64,000 nucleotides of DNA, taken from positions 32,001 through 96,000 of the forward strand of contig JBMOPW010000004.1 of NCBI GenBank assembly GCA_049322915.1. The letters are read 5' to 3'. The stretch's first letter is position 1; every line of letters starts with the position of its first letter. A program made the translations under genes and the position numbers. Shown here in pieces: positions 1 through 9,096 of the stretch. The stretch comes from Candidatus Zhuqueibacterota bacterium. GTDB lineage: Bacteria > Zhuqueibacterota > Zhuqueibacteria > Thermofontimicrobiales > Thermofontimicrobiaceae. The notes beneath the pieces are model-generated. The model was not told the origin of the DNA and did not search any database. It was given only the letters and a program-made list of their open reading frames with translations.

Positions 1-1
1 C

Positions 2-232
2 ATGATCATCGCATTCGATGATATTGCCAAAGCCAATGACATTTCCCCGATGATCGTCGCCAATGGCATCTCGATTGCCTTGATAACCACGCTGTTTGGG
101 CTGATTGTCGCTATCATCATTCAGTTTTTTCACAACCTGTTTGTCTCGATGATCGATAGATTGATCATCGAAATGGAAGAAAGCTCTGTTGACCTGGTGG
201 ATAATTTAATTGAAATTGAAAAGTCAAAGTAA
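2..232 (+). CDS. MotA/TolQ/ExbB proton channel protein, C-terminal part (5' truncated by window edge)
   Basis: AF..IA...ISP..VANGISIALITTLFGLIVAI is the TM2-TM3 signature of ExbB/TolQ; two ExbD genes follow. Confidence 0.9.
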   Translation: MIIAFDDIAKANDISPMIVANGISIALITTLFGLIVAIIIQFFHNLFVSMIDRLIIEMEESSVDLVDNLIEIEKSK

Positions 233-258
233 ACAACACAGAGCACGGGGAGAAAGTT

Positions 259-660
259 ATGTTCGCTGATAGGAAAAAATCACGACCGTCCGAAATCCCA
301 ACAGCCTCGTTGGCAGACATTGCGTTTCTCATCCTGATATTTTTTCTGGTGACGACGACCATCGATGTGGACAAAGGGATCAGCCTGGCCCTGCCGCCTC
401 GGGGAGAGCATAAGGAAGTGCCCAGGAAAAATATATCGAGGCTTTTGATGGATGAGTCCGGGCGCGTGATGATCGATGACGAACTGGTCGAAATTCCGAT
501 GATCAAAAGTGACATTCAGACAAAGCTGCAGAAAAATCCGAATCTCATCATCTCGGTGAAGACAGCCCAGGATACGGAGTATCGCTATTTCGTACAGGTG
601 TTGGATCAGTTGAAACAGGCCAAAGCGACGCGGATTTCCATCGCTGAGCCGGAGCAGTGA
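259..660 (+). CDS. exbD: ExbD/TolR biopolymer transport protein
   Basis: EIPTASLADIAFLILIFFLVTTT has a single TM with the conserved Asp; C-terminal VLDQLKQA..RISIA; SD GGGGAG upstream. Confidence 0.92.
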   Translation: MFADRKKSRPSEIPTASLADIAFLILIFFLVTTTIDVDKGISLALPPRGEHKEVPRKNISRLLMDESGRVMIDDELVEIPMIKSDIQTKLQKNPNLIISVKTAQDTEYRYFVQVLDQLKQAKATRISIAEPEQ

Positions 661-715
661 TTCGCATGGATTCTCGGAAGACACGAAATATTACAGCAAA
701 GGGGAGAATGAAGCG

Positions 716-1138
716 TTGAGGTTCTACAAGAAAACAAGAGTTGAAGGGAGCATTCCTACTGCGTCGCTGCCGGACATTGTATTTATGCTTCTCATCTTTT
801 TTATGGTGACCACGCAGTTCAAGGAATTTCGGGGAATTCCAGTTCGGTTGCCTTCGGCGCAGCAGATCGAGAAGTTACCTGGCAAACGAAATGTGGCGTA
901 CATTTGGGCTGACGACCGCGGTCGCGTTTCAATTGATGATAAATTTGTCGATACCAGTGTGATTGCAAAAATCATGACTGATAAATGCAATGACCCATTG
1001 CATCCGTTGCGGGTTGTCTCCATGAAAATCGATCAAAATGTGAAAATGGGACTGGTGACCAAAATCCATGAGGAGTTGAGAAACGCAGGCGGCGGCGCGC
1101 TAAATCTCAATTATTCAACGAAAACGCTGGGTAAGTGA
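716..1138 (+). CDS. exbD: ExbD/TolR biopolymer transport protein (second copy)
   Basis: IPTASLPDIVFMLLIFFMVTT and IDQNVKMGLV motifs typical of the second ExbD in FCB-type exbB-exbD-exbD operons; TTG start after GGGGAG. Confidence 0.9.
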   Translation: MRFYKKTRVEGSIPTASLPDIVFMLLIFFMVTTQFKEFRGIPVRLPSAQQIEKLPGKRNVAYIWADDRGRVSIDDKFVDTSVIAKIMTDKCNDPLHPLRVVSMKIDQNVKMGLVTKIHEELRNAGGGALNLNYSTKTLGK

Positions 1139-1223
1139 GTGCGCCCGGGCTGGATTTCTAAAACGGATAATCGAGTTGTTGGTCTTTTCACAAGTTGCTT
1201 TTCGCCAATCGGAAGGAGAAAAA

Positions 1224-1409
1224 ATGACGCACAAAACGCGATATACCATTGGATTGGTGATTGGGATTCTCGGCATTGTGTTCCTGCTTCTCAATGCTGC
1301 TGACTACGTGATGAGATGGAACCAGATAAGCTCTGGAATTTCAGGGATCGGAATTGCATTAACTGTCATCGGCGCAGGTCTCATGGTGCGCACAAAGGGT
1401 AACAGATAG
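1224..1409 (+). CDS. small two-TM membrane protein
   Basis: SD AAGGAG before ATG at 1224; two hydrophobic segments (IGLVIGILGIVFLLL; ISGIGIALTVIGAGL). Confidence 0.65.
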   Translation: MTHKTRYTIGLVIGILGIVFLLLNAADYVMRWNQISSGISGIGIALTVIGAGLMVRTKGNR

Positions 1410-1731
1410 ATACAGTCGTTCGGCAATTGGTGAATCATCGGGTAAGCTTCTGACTCGCGATGAGTTGAGTGCTTCACGACAGATACCATTGCGGTGGATG
1501 CGGGCCATGTGTCGTTTCTGGTCGTGGATGGGCCGCTTGGATTAAGCATTCAGATCGTCGTTGGTTAGCGGCGAGGTTCGGTCAATTCATGCCGCAGCAG
1601 GCCGACTGAATTCAGCGTGCTCTTCCGGCAGGTTTCATTGCATCAATAACTATCCGGCGATGAATGCAATAAAAACAGGCCGTGAAATACTGGTCTATCT
1701 GAGCGGTTCAGTAACTTTGGAATAATTTTTC

Positions 1732-1760
1732 TTGAATAAAAAAATTGAAAGCGGTATATT
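1732..1760 (+). promoter_or_regulatory. sigma70-type promoter TTGAAT-N17-TATATT
   Basis: Exact 17-nt spacer, 45 nt upstream of the ORF at 1806. Confidence 0.55.
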
Positions 1761-1786
1761 GGCAGTGGCCGGTATACCGCTTTTTA
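1748..1786 (+). terminator. 11-bp inverted repeat with T tail (terminator or operator)
   Basis: AAAGCGGTATA (1748-1758) / TATACCGCTTT (1773-1783) followed by Ts. Confidence 0.5.
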
Positions 1787-1805
1787 TTGGATGTCGCGAG
1801 GGTGA

Positions 1806-2327
1806 ATGAAGTCAACAACTGTAAAAAATTTTGTGAATGTCGCCGTGTTCGCTTTGGCGCTGAGTTGCTTCAATCCCTTTGCTCCAAAACTTGAGGACGC
1901 CGGCGAGACCGATTTGATCATCACCGAACAGAGAAGTCCGGATGAGGTGCTGCAAAATTTTAAATACTCTTATGTATTCAAAGACTCGGTTTTATACAGC
2001 AATATTCTGGACAGTTCCTTTGTTTTCATCTATTTCGACCCGACCATCGAATCGTCCGGCCGGTTTGTGAGCTGGGGCCGGGATGTTGATCTGAAAACGA
2101 CCGGTCGTCTGTTCCGAAATTTTGATGTCATTGACTTGATCTGGAATAGCACCATTTACCAGTTCGATGAAGAAGATCGGTCGGAAGTATCGAAAAGCTT
2201 CAATCTTTCACTGATTAAAAATGACGAGACGCTGAATATTACCGGGAACGCAATATTCATTTTCAGGAAAAGCGCCTATGATAACAAGTGGCGAATTGTC
2301 CAGTGGAAGGATGAATCGGATTTATAA
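1806..2327 (+). CDS. putative lipoprotein of unknown function
   Basis: Signal peptide with lipobox LALSC followed by FNPFAP; ends WRIVQWKDES; followed by a terminator. Confidence 0.75.
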   Translation: MKSTTVKNFVNVAVFALALSCFNPFAPKLEDAGETDLIITEQRSPDEVLQNFKYSYVFKDSVLYSNILDSSFVFIYFDPTIESSGRFVSWGRDVDLKTTGRLFRNFDVIDLIWNSTIYQFDEEDRSEVSKSFNLSLIKNDETLNITGNAIFIFRKSAYDNKWRIVQWKDESDL

Positions 2328-2350
2328 ATTGTTGAAAAATTCAGCAGTGT

Positions 2351-2390
2351 AAAAAAAAAGCAAAGAGCCAAATGACTCTTTGCTTTTTTT
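2351..2390. terminator. bidirectional intrinsic terminator
   Basis: AAAAAAAGCAAAGAG / CTCTTTGCTTTTTTT with A and T tails, between convergent genes. Confidence 0.85.
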
Positions 2391-2494
2391 ATTTTCTTTC
2401 ATGAACCCATGCCAGAGAGGGCGAATCGAAAATCATCGGATTGAATTCGGCCTCATGCTTGTACGATTGGAACGCGGGCAGCGGCGTCGATATG

Positions 2495-3865
2495 TCAGCT
2501 TAGCTTTGTGAATACGAATGGGAAGACCATCGTCACATTGCCGGATGAAATTGGCTCGAACTTAAGTCGCTGAACGAGACTGAGAATATCCCGTTCCAGT
2601 TGAGGATGGTCAATGGTCGATTCAAGAATTTTTGCGCTGGTCACAAATCCGTTCGCTGCAATGGTGAACTCGACGGAAATTTTACCGCGTAAATTGGGAT
2701 TTCGCTTGAGATACTTTTCGTAGAAATATGTAATTTGGCCCTGCCGCTGGAGAATGACCTCCATCACCGATTGATCAGTCCGTTGTCCCAACGCTTCAGC
2801 GCTGCCTGTCTTTTTGCTCGGCTTAACCAGGTCCACTTTCGCCTGTTTTGTGAGCGTCACCTGGGGCACGTCCTCATCCATGTCCGCAATGAAATCGTCG
2901 ATACCGCCGGAGCTGCCATCTCCACCGAGTCCGATAAGCTGATCCAGCGGATCGCCTGCATCTTTTGTGTTGCCCTTACCGACTTTCAGATTAGTCCCGC
3001 CACCCACAATGCTCTGTAAATCTGCAACCAGCCCGCGGTCGACAAGAGCGTCAACAATGGAACTGGCATTGTTCGAAGCGCCGGTGCCGCCGATGAGGCC
3101 TAACAAGCCCGATGAAGCAGCCCGATTGCCACCACTGTTTCCGCTGTTTCGCCGGCTTCGATTGCCTGAAGACGACTTGCTGTCTGAACTTTTTTGGCCA
3201 TCTTTATTCTCATCGGTGGTCTCAGTATTCGAAGATAGTGATTTCGTATCAAATTGTAAAGGTTCCGTGGGAGTGACATTGATGTATCGCGCCAGGCGTT
3301 CCGGGATTTTATCTAAATCGAGCTTTTGTTCGATGTTCACCTTATAATCTTTTAATGAATAGATGATAAGAGAATTCAGCGTTAGCAACACCAAAAAGAT
3401 CGACTTGAATACCAAATCCGATGTAAGATTTCGGACCATCGCCCGATGCCATGAAAACTCCGGCAGACTTGAAAGCTCAGCAGTGGTTTGCACGGCTACT
3501 TGTTTGAAATAGAAGTCGATTTTGACATCGTCAAAGGCAATGTAACCTTCCTTTCCCGGGGATAAGTTCAGCAATCGCGTGTTCCCCTTGCGAGGCAGGA
3601 TATCGTGCTTCAGCAAATCGTGGATCTGCAGCGTGGAATCCTGCATCGAAATTTTGCCATCAATGAACGGCTGAACATTCAGAACATAGGACCCGTTCAT
3701 CTGTTCGATCAGGGTATACCGCCGGGGATAATGCTGGCCGTACAGGGTGAGGTCATTGTCTCCTCGCTGGCCAATGGTGAATTTTCCGCCGGGCGGAATA
3801 ACCACCTGGCGTCCCTGACCAGCTTGCTCAATATGTAAAATAAGTTGTTTGTATGTTTTTGTCAT
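2495..3865 (-). CDS. GltG/PglI-like protein: FHA-like N-terminus, TM, Gly/Ser-rich linker, TonB C-terminal domain
   Basis: FTIGQRGDNDL (FHA-like); TM LVFKSIFLVLLTLNSLII; SSGLLGLIGG; YEKYLKRNPNLRGKISVEFTIAANGFV...FPFVF matches the AgmX/PglI-type TonB_C domain. Confidence 0.85.
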   Translation of the reverse strand: MTKTYKQLILHIEQAGQGRQVVIPPGGKFTIGQRGDNDLTLYGQHYPRRYTLIEQMNGSYVLNVQPFIDGKISMQDSTLQIHDLLKHDILPRKGNTRLLNLSPGKEGYIAFDDVKIDFYFKQVAVQTTAELSSLPEFSWHRAMVRNLTSDLVFKSIFLVLLTLNSLIIYSLKDYKVNIEQKLDLDKIPERLARYINVTPTEPLQFDTKSLSSNTETTDENKDGQKSSDSKSSSGNRSRRNSGNSGGNRAASSGLLGLIGGTGASNNASSIVDALVDRGLVADLQSIVGGGTNLKVGKGNTKDAGDPLDQLIGLGGDGSSGGIDDFIADMDEDVPQVTLTKQAKVDLVKPSKKTGSAEALGQRTDQSVMEVILQRQGQITYFYEKYLKRNPNLRGKISVEFTIAANGFVTSAKILESTIDHPQLERDILSLVQRLKFEPISSGNVTMVFPFVFTKLS

Positions 3866-3907
3866 AGAAGAATTTAATGTTTAGAAGTACCAATTCTATC
3901 GCGATTT

Positions 3908-4417
3908 TCATTCGGGTTTAATAGTTGCCAGAAGCATGTCGTTGTACCCGACTTTCCCACAGGTGTACATGATCTTTTTAATGACAAGATAGGGAAGTTC
4001 ACGGTCGCCCTGTATGGAAATTTTACCGGTGAATCCCATTTCTGTATTTATTTCGCCGACGCGTTCGCTGAGCTTTTTAATCTGCTGAAGTTCGGCCAGT
4101 AATTCGGGGATAATCAGGTCTGTTCCCTTTATAACTTTATCGACAGTGGTTACTTTTCTCCCATCGAACATAAGAGACTCCTCGGTGATAGCAATGATGG
4201 ATGTCGTTATTGGAAGTTTTTGCGCTGTTGACTCAGGCAAGTTTAAATCCGGAGCAACAGACATGATCTGCCCTTCCACCGAAAAGTTTTTTAAAAGAAA
4301 CACTAACAGAATCGTGAACATGTCGATCATGGAAGTCAGCTTCAAAGCAACTTCCCGGCGTTTCTTTTTCCTTGTAATGGGTTTGAATGATGTATTCAAT
4401 GATGTTAGATTTGCCAT
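3908..4417 (-). CDS. ExbD/TolR family protein, AglS-like
   Basis: LKLTSMIDMFTILLVFLLKNFS, LNLPEST and IQGDRELPYLVIKKIMYTCGKVGY. Confidence 0.88.
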   Translation of the reverse strand: MANLTSLNTSFKPITRKKKRREVALKLTSMIDMFTILLVFLLKNFSVEGQIMSVAPDLNLPESTAQKLPITTSIIAITEESLMFDGRKVTTVDKVIKGTDLIIPELLAELQQIKKLSERVGEINTEMGFTGKISIQGDRELPYLVIKKIMYTCGKVGYNDMLLATIKPE

Positions 4418-4451
4418 AATTTACTCTTGACATAGATGTGATTGAATTAAA

Positions 4452-4922
4452 CTAACCGGAAAGTGAAACGTTTAAGAATCCAGTTTCCCGGCATTGATCC
4501 ATAACCTTGATTACAACGTCATACTTAACCTTTGCATCTGGCGCGACAATAATGTCTTCAGCAAATGGGAATTGGCTTTTCAAATTCTTTAATTGTTCAG
4601 CCAATTTGCTGTAAATATACTCTGTTCCATTTTTGGCAATCGGATCGAACTTGATGTTCGTATCTTTGATCGCCTTGAGCTGAAAACCATCTTCTTTTAT
4701 CGCGAGTACAACCAGAATCAAGTTTTGCTTCGGCGTTTGGGTTATATCACCTCCCCCTTTGCTCAATGAAGGCAGGGAAAGTTCCACAACAGCAATCTGG
4801 ACAAAGGCTGCTGTCAGCAACAAAAACGGGATCAGAAGCAAAAAGATGTTCATGACAGCAATGATATTGACGTCGTCATCGCCTGCGGATCGGTCTCTTC
4901 CTAATGATTGCTTCAGATTCAT
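4452..4922 (-). CDS. ExbD/TolR family protein, AglQ-like (TM Asp replaced by Asn)
   Basis: VNIIAVMNIFLLLIPFLLLTAAF..IAVVELSLP; PDAKVKYDVVIKVMDQCRE. Confidence 0.85.
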   Translation of the reverse strand: MNLKQSLGRDRSAGDDDVNIIAVMNIFLLLIPFLLLTAAFVQIAVVELSLPSLSKGGGDITQTPKQNLILVVLAIKEDGFQLKAIKDTNIKFDPIAKNGTEYIYSKLAEQLKNLKSQFPFAEDIIVAPDAKVKYDVVIKVMDQCRETGFLNVSLSG

Positions 4923-4923
4923 G

Positions 4924-5550
4924 TCAATAACCTTTAACCATAATTAGACGTTTATAGATACGCGCGATATTCTGATTGATTTCATCGATGAGTTCATTGG
5001 TTTTTTCCTGAAAGATGGAATATCCGATCAGGCACGGAATGGCTGCGATCAGCCCGAATGCGGTGGTATTCATAGCCTGGGAAATGCCGTTGGAAAGAAG
5101 AGTTGCTTTCATGGCGGCATCAGCTTTGGCGACCGCTTCAAAGGAGGCGATCAGACCCGTGATTGTTCCCAGCAGGCCTAACAACGTGGCCACATTGGCA
5201 ATGGTGGACAGGTATTGCGTCCGCTTTTCGAGTTTGGGAATTTCAACCATGGCAGCAAGTTCAAATGCATTTTGTACATCGGCAGCAGATTTGCTCGGTT
5301 CTTCGAGTCCGGCCCGGGCAATATTAGGCAGAGCGGCTTTTGACACACTGCAAAATTCGACTGCGCTTTTTATATTATCCCGCTGGATCAAATCGAGCAC
5401 GCGATTCATGAATGCCGCAGTATCAATTCGGTTCTTTATCAAAATGAACATTGACCGTTCAATGATGATTGCAAAACCGGCGATCATGACCAAAAGAATG
5501 ACGTACATGAACGGTCCCCCGAGTCTGAAGAAAGTGACAATAGAATCCAA
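4924..5550 (-). CDS. MotA/TolQ/ExbB proton channel, AglR-like
   Basis: GGPFMYVI TM1; IANVATLLGLLGTITGLIASF; GISQAMNTTAFGL; TTG start with SD AAGGAGG. Confidence 0.92.
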   Translation of the reverse strand: MDSIVTFFRLGGPFMYVILLVMIAGFAIIIERSMFILIKNRIDTAAFMNRVLDLIQRDNIKSAVEFCSVSKAALPNIARAGLEEPSKSAADVQNAFELAAMVEIPKLEKRTQYLSTIANVATLLGLLGTITGLIASFEAVAKADAAMKATLLSNGISQAMNTTAFGLIAAIPCLIGYSIFQEKTNELIDEINQNIARIYKRLIMVKGY

Positions 5551-5708
5551 AGTGACAACCTCCTTGAATAGAATGAGATGGTGTTGATTATAAGCGAATA
5601 GTATGAATTAAAACTAGAAATTAGCTTTTTGATTGTAATGTCGATGTAAATAGTGGCAGAGGATATTCAGAAAAAATCCAGCCAGGATTACTTACCGCCC
5701 CGGAATGC

Positions 5709-6113
5709 CTACCAAAGAATGTGATCCCTATCTTTTTCCTGTTTAATCCTATCGCGACGCAGCGTGCTTTTTTCAACAGGTCTGAAAATGTGGGAGAAAA
5801 AATGCCGATTGATCAGGAGTCCATCGACGCGCGGATCAGTGCCCGGAATGATGAATACGGTTTGTGGTTTGGCGATTGAGCCATACACCTCAATACCCTT
5901 CAAAAACACTTTTACCTGGTCATTGGAAATGACAGCCTGATCCGGCTCGGTCGTCTTTTTATCCTGCATGGATTTTTCCTGCGCAGACAAGGGGGCTGCC
6001 GCAGGCTTTTCCGGTTCTTCAGCCAGGACATGAAGCGTCTGACTGATGAGTAACATCGAAAAAACAACGGCGCTGATTAATTTTTTATTGGCCTTGATGT
6101 GAGTGCTAATCAT
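5709..6113 (-). CDS. small exported protein, GltF/CglF-like
   Basis: Signal peptide, low-complexity linker, then IEVYGSIAKPQTVFII...RHFF resembling the GltF I-x-G-x-x-x-K-P motif; located between the large TPR gene and the motor genes; ATG at 6113 overlaps the upstream stop. Confidence 0.6.
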   Translation of the reverse strand: MISTHIKANKKLISAVVFSMLLISQTLHVLAEEPEKPAAAPLSAQEKSMQDKKTTEPDQAVISNDQVKVFLKGIEVYGSIAKPQTVFIIPGTDPRVDGLLINRHFFSHIFRPVEKSTLRRDRIKQEKDRDHILW

Positions 6114-9072
6114 GATCTGTTTCCCTTTGGCTTGCTGGCACAATCTTCGTGTTATTTGAATTGCCGGAACTGTTCAGGCCTGTGCCCAGCCCCAGTTCGA
6201 TAATTAATTTTTCCATTCGCTGCTTGCTATTTTCTACCCATTCGTTTTGAATGTTGTTCTTTTCAGCGCTGGCAACGTTGGCTTTGTAATATTCAAGCGC
6301 TTTTCTTTTCAATGGAATTACCTGCTGTTCATTCAATTTGAGCATGTATTCCTTTTTTTCCTGAGGATTCAGTTCGTCCGGTGTGGGCGAATTCAATACT
6401 GCCTCTGCCAGATTCTCAACGGTTATCCCTGATTTATAGAGAGCCGCAGTCGTCCAGTCCGCGACTTTGAATTTGCCGGCGTTGCCATATTCATTCAAAA
6501 CCACCTTGAGCAATTGGGTCTTTTTATTGAACGACACATCCAGCGGTGGAACAATTTGTACGGCCTTATATTTTTCAAAATTAATCTCAGCGATCATGTA
6601 CTGCGCCTTAGCCGGGATATATTCATCCACTTGTTTTCGGGCTGTTCTGAACTCTTTAAATTTAGTAATGACTTCACCAAATTCCTTCAACGCGTTGGTC
6701 GTACTCCCCTGGTTATGGGAAATCTCAGCAATATTGTAGAGGCTTTCGATATATTCATCCGGGTCGTCCAGCGGATATTCATTGACATATCGCTGGTACG
6801 TTTCTTTCGCTTTGTTCATCAGTTTCATCTGCTCGTAGCACTTGGCCGCATAGAGTAACGCGCTCGGAGCAAACTTGGACCTGGGATGCAGTTGAACCAT
6901 TTTGATATAGTTGTCAGAAGCGCGAACGAAGTTTTGCATCTTTTCATAAAGCAAGCCGGATTTGACATAGAGCTCATCGACAAATGAAATATTCGGCTGC
7001 TCATCAATCATCCGTTCGTACGATTTCACTGCTTTATCCAGATCGCCGGCTTGCTCAAATTGACCGGCAGCTTGTGTGAGCGCTGCTTTGGCAATTTCAG
7101 GATCCGATGTGTTAAAGGCAATGGTCAAAAATTTCACTGCCGCTTTTGTGGATTCCCCGGTGTCGCGCATCTGCTCGGCAAGTTTGAAATTTGCCGAAGC
7201 GACCATCGTCCTGGCCTTTTTGACATACTGCGTGGAGTCAGGGAAAGCGACGGCGATTTTATTGAACCACTTTTCCGATTCCTGATAATCCTTCAATTTG
7301 AAATAGGTCTGGGCGACCATGTTCATGGCCTGACCATAATAGGGGCTATCTTTGAATTTATCGTCGGCGACTTTCTCGTACGTCCTGGCAGCGAGACGCC
7401 ACTGCTGAAGCTCATACAACGTTTCGGCATATTTCATCAGCACTTCAATGAGGTTTTTGCTGTCGGGCAGATTTTTCACAAAGTCGTTGCAGGCTTTCAG
7501 TAAATTTGCCTGAGTCTCACAACTCACCTTGACCGGCGTGAGCGCGCCGCCACTGGCCAGGAAATCTTCGATATAGAACGTCAGCGAATCCTTTTTCGAA
7601 ACGGTCTTGAGCAATTGATAATAGGATAGAATGCGATTATATGCAGCAGCGTCCTTGTATTCTGTGCTATCGTAGAGCGTCATGACATTATCATACTCGA
7701 CCGCGGCTTTATCATATTCTTCGATGGAATAATAACATTCGGCCAGGTAGTAGTTCACCTTGGCGGCATTTTTTCCATGCTTGAATTTGTTCAGAAAATC
7801 TTCATATTTTTGAATGGCGATTTGATACTCGCGCTTCCTGTTTTTCTCCTGAGCCTGTGTCTGATAATAGGTCCCCAAAGAGAAAAGCATTTCCTCGGAG
7901 AGTTCAATGGCGTCGTTTCGCACTTTGCCTTCAGGATAATTGTTGATCCACTGGCTGTTAGGCCCGTATTTTTCAACGAACACGTCCTTCGCCTGAATCG
8001 CCTTTTCTTCCTCCATGTCCTTTTCGTAGCATTGAATGATCTCTTTTTGAATGAGCGGCGCCTGTGGATAAAGCGGGAAAAGCGCTAACAGGCTCTCGTA
8101 TGTTTGAATCGCCTCGGTGAAGAAATTTCGCTTCTTGTAGATTTCACTCATTCTGAGAAATACTTCGACGGAATAGCTCTGCGTGTCTTTCGCTGAGAAA
8201 AGCTTTTTTGCAGTCTCCGGGCCGCCGTATTCAGTCAGCGAATGGGCGATATATTCGATGGCCTCGTTCCGCACGTCTGCTTTGGTTTTCCCCAGAAGCT
8301 CGGTGTTCATGCTCTCGAGAAGTGAAATATCGCTGATTAAATAGATGTACGTGCTGATGGCATTGGAATAGTCATTGATATTGAAATATGCCCAACCCAT
8401 TTTATATAATGCCATATTGAAATAGGGATCGTTCCAGTGCTCCAAAAGGTAACTATAATGCTCGATGGCCTTGTGAAAATCGCGCTGGTTAAAAAAATGT
8501 TCGCCGAGTCGAAAATGGCCTTCTGAAATTTTAGCGCTCTGCGGCGTTTCAAACAACAGCCGCTGGAAATACTCTTTGGCTTTCTCCTGGTTCCCCTCGT
8601 CCAGGTGGCAGATGGCCAGCCGATACAACACTTTATCTTTAAATTGGATGTCCGGGTATTTTTCCAGTAACTGATAGCACAATTCAATCGTCTGCTTGTA
8701 GCTGACCCGCGGCAAGAAGGGTTCAGTCAGAATTTCGCCTTTTTCAAATTTGGTGATTTCCGTGTCGTATGTTTTCATGAATTGTTTGAATTCAAATTGG
8801 GACTTGCTGGCATGGGACTCAGCCAGCTCGAACAGCATGAATGGAATGAACGGTTCATCCGGATATTGTTCGATGATTTTGATATGATGGTCAATCGTCT
8901 TCGACAAGCCCTCAATATCGATGGAAGCGGTTGTATCCGCTAATTCATATTTCTGATTGGGTCGATAATTTTTCGACTTGCCGGCGCTGTTCTGCGCCTG
9001 ACTATTTTGAAAAACAACCCCTATCATTAAAAATGTAAATATGCTAATAGACTGAATTCGTGTTACTTTCAT
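6106..9072 (-). CDS. large exported TPR protein, GltD/AgmU-like
   Basis: Signal peptide; many TPRs (VLYRLAICH, HFRLGEHFF, ALYKMGWAYFN); C-terminal FNKKTQLL...Y..A....ADWTTAALY motif as in GltD-type proteins. Confidence 0.8.
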   Translation of the reverse strand: MKVTRIQSISIFTFLMIGVVFQNSQAQNSAGKSKNYRPNQKYELADTTASIDIEGLSKTIDHHIKIIEQYPDEPFIPFMLFELAESHASKSQFEFKQFMKTYDTEITKFEKGEILTEPFLPRVSYKQTIELCYQLLEKYPDIQFKDKVLYRLAICHLDEGNQEKAKEYFQRLLFETPQSAKISEGHFRLGEHFFNQRDFHKAIEHYSYLLEHWNDPYFNMALYKMGWAYFNINDYSNAISTYIYLISDISLLESMNTELLGKTKADVRNEAIEYIAHSLTEYGGPETAKKLFSAKDTQSYSVEVFLRMSEIYKKRNFFTEAIQTYESLLALFPLYPQAPLIQKEIIQCYEKDMEEEKAIQAKDVFVEKYGPNSQWINNYPEGKVRNDAIELSEEMLFSLGTYYQTQAQEKNRKREYQIAIQKYEDFLNKFKHGKNAAKVNYYLAECYYSIEEYDKAAVEYDNVMTLYDSTEYKDAAAYNRILSYYQLLKTVSKKDSLTFYIEDFLASGGALTPVKVSCETQANLLKACNDFVKNLPDSKNLIEVLMKYAETLYELQQWRLAARTYEKVADDKFKDSPYYGQAMNMVAQTYFKLKDYQESEKWFNKIAVAFPDSTQYVKKARTMVASANFKLAEQMRDTGESTKAAVKFLTIAFNTSDPEIAKAALTQAAGQFEQAGDLDKAVKSYERMIDEQPNISFVDELYVKSGLLYEKMQNFVRASDNYIKMVQLHPRSKFAPSALLYAAKCYEQMKLMNKAKETYQRYVNEYPLDDPDEYIESLYNIAEISHNQGSTTNALKEFGEVITKFKEFRTARKQVDEYIPAKAQYMIAEINFEKYKAVQIVPPLDVSFNKKTQLLKVVLNEYGNAGKFKVADWTTAALYKSGITVENLAEAVLNSPTPDELNPQEKKEYMLKLNEQQVIPLKRKALEYYKANVASAEKNNIQNEWVENSKQRMEKLIIELGLGTGLNSSGNSNNTKIVPASQRETDHD

Positions 9073-9096
9073 ATCCCCGTTGTCCAGTTGAATGAA

